A stretch of DNA of 64,000 bases from Octopus vulgaris (taxonomy: Eukaryota), in contig OX597821.1 in NCBI GenBank assembly GCA_951406725.2, positions 53,630,001 to 53,694,000 of the forward strand, written 5' to 3'. Each line of letters begins with the position of its first letter. The first letter of the stretch is position 1. A program made the position numbers and the translations under genes. The notes under the pieces are model-generated. The model did no database searches. It was not told the origin of the DNA and saw nothing but the letters and a program-made list of their open reading frames with translations. This document shows, one piece after another, positions 42,042 to 53,979 of this stretch.

Positions 42042-42093
42042 TGAGCTGATGATAGGAGTGTCGTTTTGACGAATCTTGAAACGTACGTTCTCA
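42042..42093 (+). ncRNA. Minimal type I hammerhead motif, monomer copy
   Basis: UGAG-CUGAUGA-U-AGGA..GUC GUUUU GAC..UCUU-GAAAC-GUAC-GUU-CUCA. Stem I is UGAG/CUCA and stem III is the palindrome ACGUACGU. Confidence 0.75.
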
Positions 42094-42601
42094 AATAACC
42101 TTAGCATTTGATTTTTTGATGTCCTTACCCCCAAACTTTTGTGAGTTGAATTAAGTAAACACTATATGAGAGAGATTTTCTTTAAGTATTAGAAATAGCT
42201 TTAAAAAAGTTTTTTAGCTGCTATTTCTAATGAGTTCAGTATGCGGCAAAGTAATTTATTTTACTAAGCCCTTTTATATAATGTAATAATTTGAATTCGC
42301 CTTAAATGGTCCCTTTGCATACTGAACACTTGGTGAAATTGATTAATAATTAATTAATTTTACCCTCAATTGTTGAAATTATAATTAACCTCCCTCTAAT
42401 TAATGCTTCGGATTTTATCGAAATAAGCATAGTGTTTGATGATTTTAACCCACGCTGGTGGAAAGGGGAGAACAGAAATTCTTCGCTTGCTTATTTGAGT
42501 TTGTTGGCACTGTTAGTTACGAGCAGATCTTCGAAAGCGATGAGAAGCCGAAAGGGTATGTTCTTACTTTCAGTGTTTCCAAATCCAAACCAAGGAGTTT
42601 C

Positions 42602-42653
42602 TGAGCTGATGATAGAAGTGTCGTTTTGACTAATCTTGAAACGTACGTTCTCA
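42602..42653 (+). ncRNA. Minimal type I hammerhead motif, monomer copy
   Basis: Same motif exactly 560 nt downstream of 42042, with two stem II differences. Confidence 0.75.
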
Positions 42654-42859
42654 AATAACCTTAGCATTTGATTTTTTGATGTCCTTACCCCCAAACTTTT
42701 GTGAGTTGAATTAAGCAAACACTATATGAGAGAGATTTTCTTTAAGTATTAGAAATAGCTTTAAAAAAGTTTTTTAGCTGCTATTTCTAATGAGTTCAGT
42801 ATGCGGCAAAGTAATTTATTTTACTAAGCCCTTTTATATAACGTAAGTTTATATATATA

Positions 42860-42916
<57 letters not shown>

Positions 42917-42917
<1 letters not shown>

Positions 42918-43280
42918 GAGGCGCAATGGACCAGTGGTTAGGGCAGCGGACTCGCGGTCGTAGGATCGCGGTTTCAATTCCCAGACCGGGCGTTGTGACT
43001 GTTTATTGAGCGAAAGCACCTATAGCTCCACGAGGCTCCGGCAGGGAATGGTGGTGATCCCTGCTGTATTCTTTCACCACAACTTTCTCTCACTCTTACT
43101 TCCTGTTTCTGTTGTACCTGTATTTCAAAGGGCCGGCCTTGTCACTCTCTGTGTCACGCTGAATATCCCCGAGAACTACGTTAAGGGTACACGTGTCTGT
43201 GGAGTGCTCAGCCACTTACACGTTAATTTCACGAGCAGGCTGTTCCGTTGATCGGATCAACCGGAACCCTCGTCGTCGTA
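42917..43280 (+). mobile_element. Young tRNA-derived SINE (group C tail, different head/body)
   Basis: GGCGCAATGGACCAGTGGTTAGGGC A-box and GGTTTCAATTCCC B-box. CpG-rich and inserted in (TA)n. Confidence 0.9.
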
Positions 43281-43346
43281 ACCGACGGAGTGCTTCCACA
43301 ATATATATATATATATATATATATGATTGATTGATTGATTGATTGA

Positions 43347-43489
43347 TTCTAGTTTCAGCTTATGAGCTGTGGCCATGCTGGGGCACCGCCATTTGGTGTT
43401 GCTACTTGGTTTCACTTCATGGAGGCTTTCTAGCAACTGCTATTTGGTGCATGAGAGAGTTCGATGCAGCTGCCCTCATCTGCCCGTCC
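43347..43489 (-). mobile_element. CR1-type LINE extreme 3' end with (TCAA)n tail
   Basis: Minus strand encodes GQMRAAASNSLMHQIAVARKPP*, then GGCGGTGCCCCAGCATGGCCACAGCTCATAAGCTGAAACTAGAA and (TCAA)n. Confidence 0.7.
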
Positions 43490-45014
43490 ATATGTATATG
43501 TAAGCACAGACACATATATGTATATGTGTGTGCGAATGTGTGTATGTGTGTGTATATAAATATGTATATATATATATATACGTATGCATAAATGTATGTA
43601 TGATTTATGTATACGTATAACTATAATTATTGGTTTATTGTACTCCTATTATATTTCCATAGAGGCTGTCACTCAGGTGAATTCAATGTAGCAATACAGC
43701 GTTTTATGTGTTTCAACGATTCCTGGGAATTGTCTCCTGATAGTAAATTTATAGTCTGTAGGAATTTTAGATACATCTCCAACAATAAATCTATTAGGTA
43801 GTCTTTATGTTCAGAGGATATTTATATATACCTTATTGCATTACAATATATCGTTTAACAACATATATTATTTCATATACTGTCAAACATACTACAGAAT
43901 AAAATTATCTGAATATAGAGGCTATAAGTTATATCATTAAATGAATTGATATAATATTTACATGGAATCAATGAAATTACCCAAATCTATTTGTAGCTTA
44001 ATTGCACGACTGGAAAAAAAAACACGCCGGAAGTTAAAGACAAATAACTTCAAACAAAACTAGAAATCTGGTCACGTATTGGCTCATCTACTACTCGTGA
44101 TAATACGAGATTGAACCAACAAATTATTAAACACCCATTCATGTATAGCAACTCAATTGTATTAACGAGAACATTTCTATTATTTACTTCCGTACCATTG
44201 TGATTAAGCCAACCTAAGACACAGTGGGAGGTTCAGCGATCAGGTTCACTACGAATATAATTAATGTGAGCAAACACTAGTTTGAAAAGAACGATTTTAA
44301 AACTATTTATTACGACTTCTGTCCAAATCTCTTCAAATTGTAATTTTGTGTTACATAACAATTAAGTCCACCTTTAATGAAATTATATCATTCTGCTTAT
44401 GCAAACATGACCGCGTATAACAATTAGAAAAATTTCAATTAGGTAAATGCTTGCCCCGAACTTTGCACTAATCAATGGCTTGTGTCTGTTAATGATAGTT
44501 GGTTACATTGTAATGAATGCTTCTCATCCAAATTACAATGAAGTCCATTTAGTATTTCCTTTCCTAAATCATAATGTAAATAAGTCATGTAGGAGCTGAC
44601 CAGCAAAACTCTTAAACTGGACATCTAACCCTTTACTTGCATTGAAGTGGAATTGGGACGAGGCATATTCAATATACTTCTGCAGATCTATTATCTGCGT
44701 CGTCTATCTCTTAGTCTCTATCTACACTTCTCATGTTTCACCTCATTTTTATGTGTACGCATATGTGCATCAATATATATGGCATCAATATATATGATTG
44801 TGCATCGGTAGTGTTACTGTTGGTGGCAATGGTAGTACCACAACTACTACTACTACTACTACTACCGCCACCACCACTAGTAATAATGATAATAATAACA
44901 GTATTAATAATAACAATGACAACAGTTAGAATAGTATGGATTACGCCATTAATCATGCCAATAACGCCAAATATTATTTCTCTAAAGAAATAGAAACACC
45001 TTTCTCTATTATTT

Positions 45015-45151
45015 ATATTATTTACATTATTTACATTTGACGAATATTTGTCCTCATCTTGTTTGTAATTAACTCAACGTTTCGGCTGATATACTCTCCA
45101 GCCTTCTTCAGGTGTCTTGGGGAAATTCCTAAGGTATTTTCGATGTGATTA

Positions 45152-45231
<80 letters not shown>

Positions 45232-45342
45232 TAGTTTTATTTTTATAGCGTGCTTTCACTTCACTAGCGAGCGCAGCTCTGTGTGCCTTGGGTATTATTA
45301 TTGTTATTATTATTATTTTTATTAATATTATTATTATTATTA

Positions 45343-45420
<78 letters not shown>

Positions 45421-45595
45421 GGCGTAGTGGTTAGGAATGAGAACCCAAGTTCAAAATGTCCCCAAGACTGGAGGGTATATCAGAAGGCTGGAGGGTATAT
45501 CAGCCGAAACCTTGTGTCAACAACAAACAAGATGAGGACAAATATCCGTCGAATGTAAATAATGTACATAATTTCTCGTGTTTTAATATTGAACT
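45015..45595. mobile_element. Palindromic hammerhead-bearing element, copy 2, with (ATT)n spacer
   Basis: Arms 45015-45143 and 45431-45595. The left arm has a CUGAAGA hammerhead on the minus strand (45071-45116). The right-arm core is destroyed by a local duplication. Confidence 0.85.
45227..45294 (-). mobile_element. Severely 5'-truncated R4/Dong 3' end inside (ATT)n
   Basis: Near-exact reverse complement of 56956-57023 (TACCCAAGGCACACAGAGCTGCGCTC..AAAACTACTGAA). Confidence 0.9.
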
Positions 45596-45699
45596 TATAA
45601 CAATGGCACATATGACAGTGTATATCAAATATGTGAAGAATATATAAATGGACTTGACTTAATCCTAGACTTTATAATTGCACTGAGCAGAAAGATTTC

Positions 45700-46095
45700 T
45701 AAACCAGACACCTCCAATTGTAACTTCAAAAACAAACGGGATAATTGTCATTTACAAGCTTACTGAGAAAGGTTTAACGTAGTCCTAAATAAAATCTAAG
45801 AATCCACCAAGGAGCTACTTTTAGTTTTAAGCATGATACTCAGTGCATTTAAATTCATTCAATTACGAAAAACATAATAAATCTAGTTTGCTGGCAAAAC
45901 ATGTACACTACCTTAGGAAAAGCTATACCACATGGCATAGCATGGTCTATTATTGACTCAGGGCTTCAATACCGTGGCCAAAATTCTCCTCGCTGCTTAT
46001 ATTTGAAAGAATCCATAGAAATAATGTCGCATAACCAGGCACAATTATCAAATAAGCACCACGAAGCTTTCTCCTCCTGTGCTCATAGATCTTTA
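45700..46095 (+). pseudogene. Degenerate Penelope-like GIY-YIG region (Naiad/Chlamys-like)
   Basis: SNCNFKNKRDNCHL.., HLNSFNYEKH..LLAKHVHYL, IAWSIIDS..Y..RCLYLKE..I..LSNKHHEAFSSCAH. This resembles the CNC..CPL / WSI / LCL.EK / LNKR.E..CRH pattern. Confidence 0.65.
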
Positions 46096-47129
46096 AAAAT
46101 TTTAGATTTTACCACAAACGCAAATGCAGCAAGACTACAACCCCTATATATATATCGTACATTTTATTTTCATTGATATGTAGTTCGGATATGATACAGG
46201 CTCACTTCGTTAAATTAGTATATTTACCTTATCAACATATTCTTCTATGTTGTTCGATTCTATAAATGCCTACTTTATCTTTCTCCTTTAATTCATGTTT
46301 CTATACTTGATCTGCTTTATGATTTATGTAATACTTATTCAGTTGCAGCACAGTTACTAAACAAGCATCACGAACCGTTCTCCTCTTATGTTCATAAATA
46401 CACTAGCTTTCACTACAAATCCAAATTCAGTAACACAGCTAACTCTGTATAGCTATCAGACATTTTATTTCAACTAATATGTAGTTCAGACATGATATAA
46501 GCTTACTTAATTAAATTAGTATATTAACGTTATCGTCATTTTCCTTTATATATTTTTGTACGTCTCTATTCTTCTTCGTTAATTCATATTTCTATACCTC
46601 ATCTAGCTTATAATTTATATAATACCTATTATAATTAAACACTATTTAAATTAAATTTATATACTTAACTTGAAAGATTTCTTTATTTACTGAACTTATC
46701 TATTTATTTTAATCTATCATTAATCACAGTATATCTCATTCATTACTAATTTATATATTTCATAGTAATAAACACGCTCTTTCAGAAGTATTTCAATATT
46801 TTAAACTTTTATAACTAACACCATTATAACCAGTTGATGTTAAACTCTTCCCCAACCCCTTGCCATATCAGATTTATCTTCCTGACAGGCTGTCCTTCGA
46901 TGGCTTCATTTATCTTATTTACAAGCCTCTAACATTAGTCACCTCTGGCTACCCAATAACCCTACTCCACTCAGGTTTTCGGCAATACAATTAGGATCTT
47001 GCCTTCATAAATCTGGCCTTTTTCATTACTTATCAATAAACTTGACATCTCCTATTTACTCAAATATCCCTTATTCCTTTATATGTATATATGATGACTA
47101 TGCGAGTATGCGCGTATATATATAGTACT

Positions 47130-47247
47130 TACTCTATCGGTTCCTTTTACGAGGACATACACACCAGCATTGGTTGTCAAATGATGCTGGGGGACAAACA
47201 GAGGCACTGACGCTCACATATAAATATACATACATGCACACACACAC

Positions 47248-47288
<41 letters not shown>

Positions 47289-47440
47289 GAGAGAGATAGA
47301 TATACACACACATATATTTATATGACGGGCTTCCTTCAGTTTCCGCCAACCCAATCCAGTCACAAACGTTTCGTCGACCCGAAGCTATAGTAGTTGACAC
47401 TTTCCCAAGGTGGCAAGCAGTGGAACTGAACCTGTGCCTA
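47130..47440 (-). mobile_element. Group A SINE, partial
   Basis: GACGGGCTTCCTTCAGTTTCC..GCAGTGGAACTGAACC with internal (TA)n. Confidence 0.8.
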
Positions 47441-47527
47441 CATATGTGTGTGTGTGTGTATGCTTATGAATATGTAAGCATGCATGCATATATACATAAC
47501 AATTTGTGCATAGGTATCTGTGTATAT

Positions 47528-47691
47528 CTGAGTTCAAATTCCGCCAAGGTCGACTTTGCCTTTCATCCTTTCGGGGTCGATAAATTAAGTACCAGTTGAA
47601 CTCTGGGGTCGATGTAATCGACTTAATCCGTTTGTCTGTCCTTGTTCGTTCCCTCTATGTTTAGCCCCTTGTGGGTAGTAAAGAAATAGGT
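47528..47691 (+). mobile_element. Group B SINE 3' part, well conserved
   Basis: CTGAGTTCAAATTCCGCCAAGGTCGACTTTGCCTTTCATCCTTTCGGGGTCGATAAATTAAGTACC..GTGGGTAGTAAAGAAATAGG. Confidence 0.9.
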
Positions 47692-47794
47692 ATCTGTGTA
47701 TATGTGTATGCGTGCGTACGTGTGTATGTAAATGTATACGTGTATATTTACATATATATGTGTGTGTGTGTGTGCTTGTATGTATATGTATATG

Positions 47795-47854
<60 letters not shown>

Positions 47855-47996
47855 TATTTATATATATTTACATATGTATGTTATTTTATATATATACATT
47901 TATTTTTAAAGAATTGTTACCTCTGATGTTTTAAACATAAATTTGAAAGAAATTTTCAAAAGGAAGTGAAGCTTGAAAAATGGTTAGTAGCTGTTA

Positions 47997-48900
47997 TCAA
48001 ATCGATGTATGAAAAAATATTATCCAAAGATATTTGGATAACAGAGAACCGATGCTTCTGAGCGACGGTTCGTCGACTTCATCATCCTCAGTATCCTTCC
48101 TGTCACCAAGAAGAACTACTTTCGTAAGTTCTTCATCCGTTAATACTTGGTATCCGTGTCTTTTCGGTCTCCCATTCAAGTACTGGCGTTGTGTTTTGCG
48201 ATATCCTTTTTTTCGTACTCTCTTAACTCTACGAAAATAATCGACTGCTTAAAGTTTTTGAAAGAAACAATAATTTTAGTTAACATCTTTTTGATTTTTC
48301 TCTGCGTTGGTTAGATTGGTAATCACAAAGCCGTCCAAGAAGCTGGTAAAGTGAATTTATTACTGAGTTCAGATTCTTGTTTAGAGTTACTTGTCTTCAT
48401 GCGTCTTCCTTCATTTATATGTTTTTGCGTCCTCAAAAGAGATTCATCCAAATATTATCATTGATATAATCGTTTGTCGACAACAATTATACGTTGATCC
48501 ATAAGATGGAATGTTGGGTGGTAAGAGCATGCACCTTATTTTCTCATCATTACTGACAACTGGATAATCATCCGGATGAAGAGGCAAATTGACCCAAATT
48601 AGCATTGCTTTCCCTTCATTTTGCACTATTAATTAATTTCAAAGAGTAACAATAGTTTGGGCTTGTATCGAACAATGTCCATGCATTAACTCTCTATCTC
48701 TTGTATTTTTGTTGTAGCATCGACCATGATTTTGAACGGAATTTTGTTCTGGAATCCGTGAGTCATCGTTCTTGTAGACCTTTTTTTTAGTTTTCTCTCT
48801 TTGGCTACCTATACTGATGATTTAATTATCTCATTTACGATTTCCCTTATAACCGTTTCGCATATTGCTAGAGGCCTACATATTCTCATGGCTTGTATTT
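47997..48900 (-). mobile_element. pogo/Tigger-like transposase fossil
   Basis: KAMLIWVNLPLHP..SNDEKIRCMLLPPN (DDE_1 region) and GYQVLTDEELTKVV..acidic C-terminus. Confidence 0.7.
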
Positions 48901-49896
48901 ATGCATGATGCCACTAATTTCACCCTAGCATTAACCTGTTAGCATCAATGTAATGTTACAGCTTGCTTCGGAAACACGAGGGGAATGACCTTACCAGGAA
49001 GAAAAAACGGTAAGTATTAAATAATTTTGTCTTTCTGGGAGCAAAATCAGCCATTCCCGATTCATGAATATCATTATGACTTAAGACAGTAATCCATTCT
49101 GTCAGGACTCCTGATTTTAGTGTCTGGTATCAACATAACATCAAAAAATTATCAAAAGTTGCCATGTATTGGGTCAATGTATTGACTTTACTCCTTCTTA
49201 AGTGCTTCTTAAAACTGCCATGTAAAGGTTCTTCAGCACTGCTATGAGAGATGTATAACACACTGAATAGCAGCTGGTTCCCGTGGTACAAAATTGATTA
49301 CGTTGGAGAGGATACATTGTATGAATGAAATATCAGAATATACTAAAACAGAAGCTGTACGGTTAGTTTTTATGTGGAAGGTAACTACAGCACGAACAAG
49401 ACAACTTCAAAGCATCTGAACTAAACAAAATCAACTTTTAAACAATGCTTTTGATCATCATCAATGGAGAAAAACAAGTAAATGATGGTAAAATTATTTA
49501 AAAAACAAAACAAATGTTAATTTCACATGCAGAATTTAAACGAGCTATACGAAAACGTACGATTTGCATACAGGATTAGGTAGTTCAGTCTGCAATGGTT
49601 TTGGCTGTTTATTCTTTTCGAGTTTGAACTAACAAGTTACCAGCAAAGTCACCAAGCCGGACAACATTTGCTTAATTTGCGTATAGTTTGCAATTTAAAA
49701 AGACACCATGCTAGACGTCGAAAGTAACTACATGTAAAAAGTATTGTTTTGTATGGTTTGACAAAAGACATGTAGCAGGATTGCGGACATGAAAGAGAGA
49801 ACGAACTACTGTCTAATGCCTGTCTCTAAATACATGCATATGTATGTTGTATATGTACATAAGTAAGTATGTATACTCGAGTGGATGAAAAGGAGG

Positions 49897-50338
49897 GGAT
49901 CTTTTCGGTTTGAACGGCAGTTTTTTCTAGCAGTGTCATATGAAATTGTCACCCATAATTATGACCCTAGTATCGATCTATTGCATTTCAATCTGTTTTA
50001 GGGTTATGGTTAGGATTAGGGTTAGGATTAAGGTTAGGGGTGGGGGAAAGGGTATCTTTTTTTCTTCAGAAATGTAAATAAACCCAATCTGTTTCTTAAA
50101 CGAGTGACATTTTCATACGGCACAGAATGTTTTCACCTCAATAGACGTCATTGATTGGTTGAAATTGCAGAAATTGAAGAAAAAAAACAACAAATATCTT
50201 ACAAACTATAGAATTTTCTCAATAAAGCCAAGAGAAAAATATGTTTTATAAACACATTCTACCAGTATACGAAGTTTAAAAGTGTTTAGTTACGTGGAAA
50301 TTAGTTTAAAACACTGCTGTTCAAACCGAAAAAGATCC
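49897..50338. mobile_element. MITE with ~28-bp TIRs, 8-bp TSD and internal telomere-like (TTAGGG)n
   Basis: GGATCTTTTCGGTTTGAACGGCAG / CTGCTGTTCAAACCGAAAAAGATCC. AAAGGAGG occurs at 49889-49896 and 50339-50346. TTAGGG-like units at ~49998-50040. Confidence 0.9.
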
Positions 50339-52893
50339 AAAGGAGGAGACAAGTACCCAATGCATTTACTAAGTGGATCCTTGTCTTGCTTCAATGATTT
50401 TCTCATGAGCGTTTCTTCAGGTAACTAGGGGATAATTCAAATTGAAACGAGATATCCGAATACTTTCTACTTAGTAAATTTAATGGTAGGTGTTTTTTTT
50501 TTCTTTCTGGATATAAAGGTTTATACCGTTTTTCCTGCTACCTTAAATTAGAATTGTTTAACAGCTGGTAGCGGTTATCCTGGTGAAATATGAAATAACT
50601 AATTTAACAACAATACTTTGTGTCCTAGTGTTGTCGAGTTTACATAATGCATAGTTTTCATATTAACATATATAATCCTTTTGTCGGCAAATGAACAAAG
50701 CTGAGTAACGAAAGGAAAACATCTATTTTAAAAGAACTAAGAATGTAATCAAATTTCATTTTACATCCATTAAATATAATTGAGAAGACTGTACAAAGAA
50801 TGGAGTCAATTTCTTTCAAAACAACAAATTCTTTACCGAAACCTAAACCATTTTTGTATACCCCGAGGTTCACTCGGTACTGCCGTGATATGCATTCCTT
50901 TCCATACCTTAACTATACCTTACCACAGCATTAACAGAATACTTTGTAAAAATTTCACTACAATACCTCTTACATACATACATATACATATATATGTGTG
51001 TGTGTGTATACATGTGAAACTATTTATTCATACATATATTACATACATATGTACACCCATACATAAAGAAAGAAAGAGAGAACAAGTGAGAGAGAGTGGT
51101 TTACATTTTATTTTCAGGGGAATTACAGCAGAAAATTTTTGATCTACCTGATGTCAAATATGATCGTTGGTTCGATTACAACCATATCTTCATAAATATT
51201 ATACCTTCCAATATAAGTACAAGATAATATTCGTAACAAAATTCTGTTCTGAATTGTCAATAAATGCAGAGGCTTTTGCTTGGCCGAAAGAAAAAAATGT
51301 TCCATACAATTCAAAAATTGCATTCAGATACTCGCAACATCAATAACAATCAACAGAAATGCAAGAAACATCAACGTGGTTGAGAAAAATAAGTTAGACA
51401 AAATTTACACGAAAGTCAGGAAGTTAGATATAATTCGTATTACAGACGAGACTATAAATTATCTACGACATAGATAAGTTAATTTAATAAAACGAAGAGA
51501 CAAAATATATAACAATGTAGACAAAAACAGACAGATTAAAATATCTTCGCTATTAAGATAAGAGCCGTAGAGCTATATGTTAGTCTCTAGCTTAGTATAC
51601 ACCATGTTACAGTTACTTTTCTGGTTGAAATCAGGTAACTATTGTTTCACTGTTCTTGTCAAAGTGAATATCCATGATTACATAAGAGCATTATAAACTT
51701 GCGACTGTAACAATAAGAAAAAAGAAAACTTTTGAAAGATATTATCGAGGAAGAAAACCTATATTTTCAAATTGCAAAATATCAATCATACGTTTGTTTG
51801 TATTTTATGATTTTTCTTTTTTTTTTTTTTTTGTCGAGAGGTAAACCAGATCTTTCGGAGGCCATCGTCATGTCTTCCGCAGGCTGAGATCAGTGTAATC
51901 AACGCGTTTCACATCATTCTTCTCAAACAGCTACAAATTGTTGGTTACAAGCACAAATACCTGTAGGCTTGGGGGTTGGCACAGCATGATCAACGAAGCG
52001 GGGAGCGAGATTTAAGTGAACTAAGAAAAAAACACAAATCATGAAGAACAAGGGCTGTTGTAATAGAGGAAGAAGTAAGACTGAGGAAACAGAAAGTCTG
52101 TAATAGACAGGCTGGTGTGCATTATTTAACAACTTCATGAAAATCGGCTGGGTGATTGGGGGTGGGGGTTGTGGGAGAAGTACTTCATTGTACAACTCAG
52201 TTCAACCATTTACACAGTTATTTTGGATGAATGAATGATTCTGATCCAAAAACAGGAAGGCAAGTTGGTGGTGGTGAAGTTTTGTTGCTATGTATATCAT
52301 ATGAAATAGCCAGAAAAAGATTGATGAAGTGCGGCATGAATGGCGTTTTTAGACATAGAGTTATCTGTTTTTCATGTTTGCTAGCCACAAAAGATACAGT
52401 ATATATTGCGATTATAGTGTATCACATGATTTCTAAATTAGATTCATTATCACGAATAGCGAATGCATTTGGGACACTCGTTTCCAGTAGTTTACAGCTA
52501 CGCATTATAATCTACTACAGTTGAATGGGATGTGGAAGTGACCTCCCCGGAATTTCACTATAGAACTGAATTGGCTGTAATATAACTAAATCAGTAACAG
52601 TCATAGAAGGAAAAGTTAATATCGGACAATGCCACTGGCGTATAATAAAATATCTACTCAATACATCTAAAATTTAGATATCCACGATTATAGCTAATTG
52701 CTATTAAGGAACAATAAAGGCTGTAATTGAGCGATTATTAATTCCATGTTCTCTGTGCATAATGGAACAACTGAGACCAGAGCTAAATGTTTAAATAAAG
52801 AGAAAAGGTTTATGCGAACGACGTTATGCGAACACGATATCCGTTAAATATCATTTCTTCGATGTTTACTTGGTTAATATACAAGTATGCGTA

Positions 52894-53110
52894 GGGCGAC
52901 GTGCTGGCAGAATCGTTAGCACGCCAGGCGAACTACCTAGCAGTATTTCGTCTGACTTCATGTTCTGAGTTCAAATTCCGCCGAGGTTAGCTTTGTCTTT
53001 CATCCCTTTAGGGTCGATAAATTAAGTACAACTTGCGTGCGAGGGTCGATCTAATCGATTGGCCCACTACCCCAAGATTTCGGGCCTTGTGCCTACAGTA
53101 GAAAAGAATA
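52894..53110 (+). mobile_element. Group B SINE, near full length
   Basis: GGCGACGTGCTGGCAGAATCGTTAGCACGCC..TTCTGAGTTCAAATTCCGCCGAGG..GGGCCTTGTGCCTACAGTAGAAAAGA. Confidence 0.9.
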
Positions 53111-53329
53111 TATGTGTGCGTGCATGCGAATGTGTTTGTGTGTAAATGTTAGTGCAAACGTAGTATTAATAGGCACCAATTTAGTGCTTAGACAGATTGA
53201 GTTCTTAAAACTAAACTTGTTAACGAGGGGAAAGTATGCCAAAAGCAGAAAGCTTGACAAGAAGAAAGATGAGGTTCCGGATAACATCAACGAGGAAATA
53301 TAGATTGAAAAATGATCTTATGTGTAAGG

Positions 53330-53930
53330 AATGTATTTAAATAAGCCGTTACGTACTCTGCAAAACAGTAGTGACATTTCCTTTCTACAGTTTGAAATAA
53401 ATAACCCAGACTATTACACTATTCTGCTTAATAAAGAACTCATATTTACCAGGAAATTATCGCCCCTATGTCGTTTGGTTGTAGACATTGCATTAACATC
53501 GAGAGAAAGTCTAATTTCTTTAGATAATAAATCATAGTCTAAAATTCTACCTACAGATCACTTTGATATCACGATGGAATCGTCGGATTATATGTAAATC
53601 ACAGACATAGTCGCTCTTTTACTTCTACATTGACTTTACGCATATTTTTTCTAAGATAGCGGAAGCCTTTACAGGCACGATGCTCTATCCCTAGCAACCG
53701 GATACGCCAAATCTCATTTGGAATGTACCCGGAAAGCTTCTACTATCTTTATCATAAAACCAAATAATATCTCCAGTATATCAACGCAAAATCCAATCAT
53801 TCTAGATCATCATTCTAGCGCTGTCAAAAGAATTTTGAATAGAATTTCTTCGAAATTTTCAGTGAATAATGCAATCTTCAATAATCAAACTTCATGTTAT
53901 TATCATTCAACGTTTACCTCCAAATAAACG
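53330..53930 (+). pseudogene. Degenerate Penelope-like reverse transcriptase (Naiad/Chlamys-like)
   Basis: FLQFEI.., RESLI, FDITMESSD..ITDIVALLLL (cf. FDVTMGSYDGAE.CELVGL), SLYRHDAL (cf. GLYRDDGL) and QYINAKSNH (cf. YI..SNHP). Confidence 0.7.
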
Positions 53931-53979
53931 GTAACGGCCTTATGCGGCGGACTTAGTTAAAATTTGTAACATGATGATG

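Larger units (their letters stand above)
40951..42840. mobile_element. Young tandem plus inverted array of a 560-bp hammerhead-containing monomer (retrozyme-like / non-autonomous PLE) with 17-bp TSD
   Basis: The period is exactly 560 (40951/41511; 41871/42431). Orientation flips at 41768/41769. ACGTAAGTTTATATATA is duplicated at 40935-40951 and 42841-42857. No coding homology recognised. Confidence 0.9.

Noticed and set aside
42228-42350. CUAAUGA plus long stem plus GAAA as a second hammerhead in the monomer
   Set aside because: The long stem (GUUCAGUAUGC/GCAUACUGAAC) is real, but core G5 is missing, GAAA is offset by 7 nt and stem I does not pair.
41173-42718. Repeated 65-75 aa ORFs (MFDDFNPRWW.., MLNSTHKS..) as a small gene cluster or toxin-antitoxin pair
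   Set aside because: They start at GTG/TTG, have no recognisable motif and recur only because the 560-bp monomer repeats.
40951-42840. CRISPR array or satellite DNA
   Set aside because: There are no unique spacers, the context is eukaryotic, and the TSD plus inversion indicate a single insertion.
42917-42990. tRNA gene
   Set aside because: It has A/B boxes but no acceptor stem and continues into a SINE body.
49998-50040. Chromosome end or fusion site
   Set aside because: Short, degenerate and enclosed by the TIRs and TSD of a MITE.
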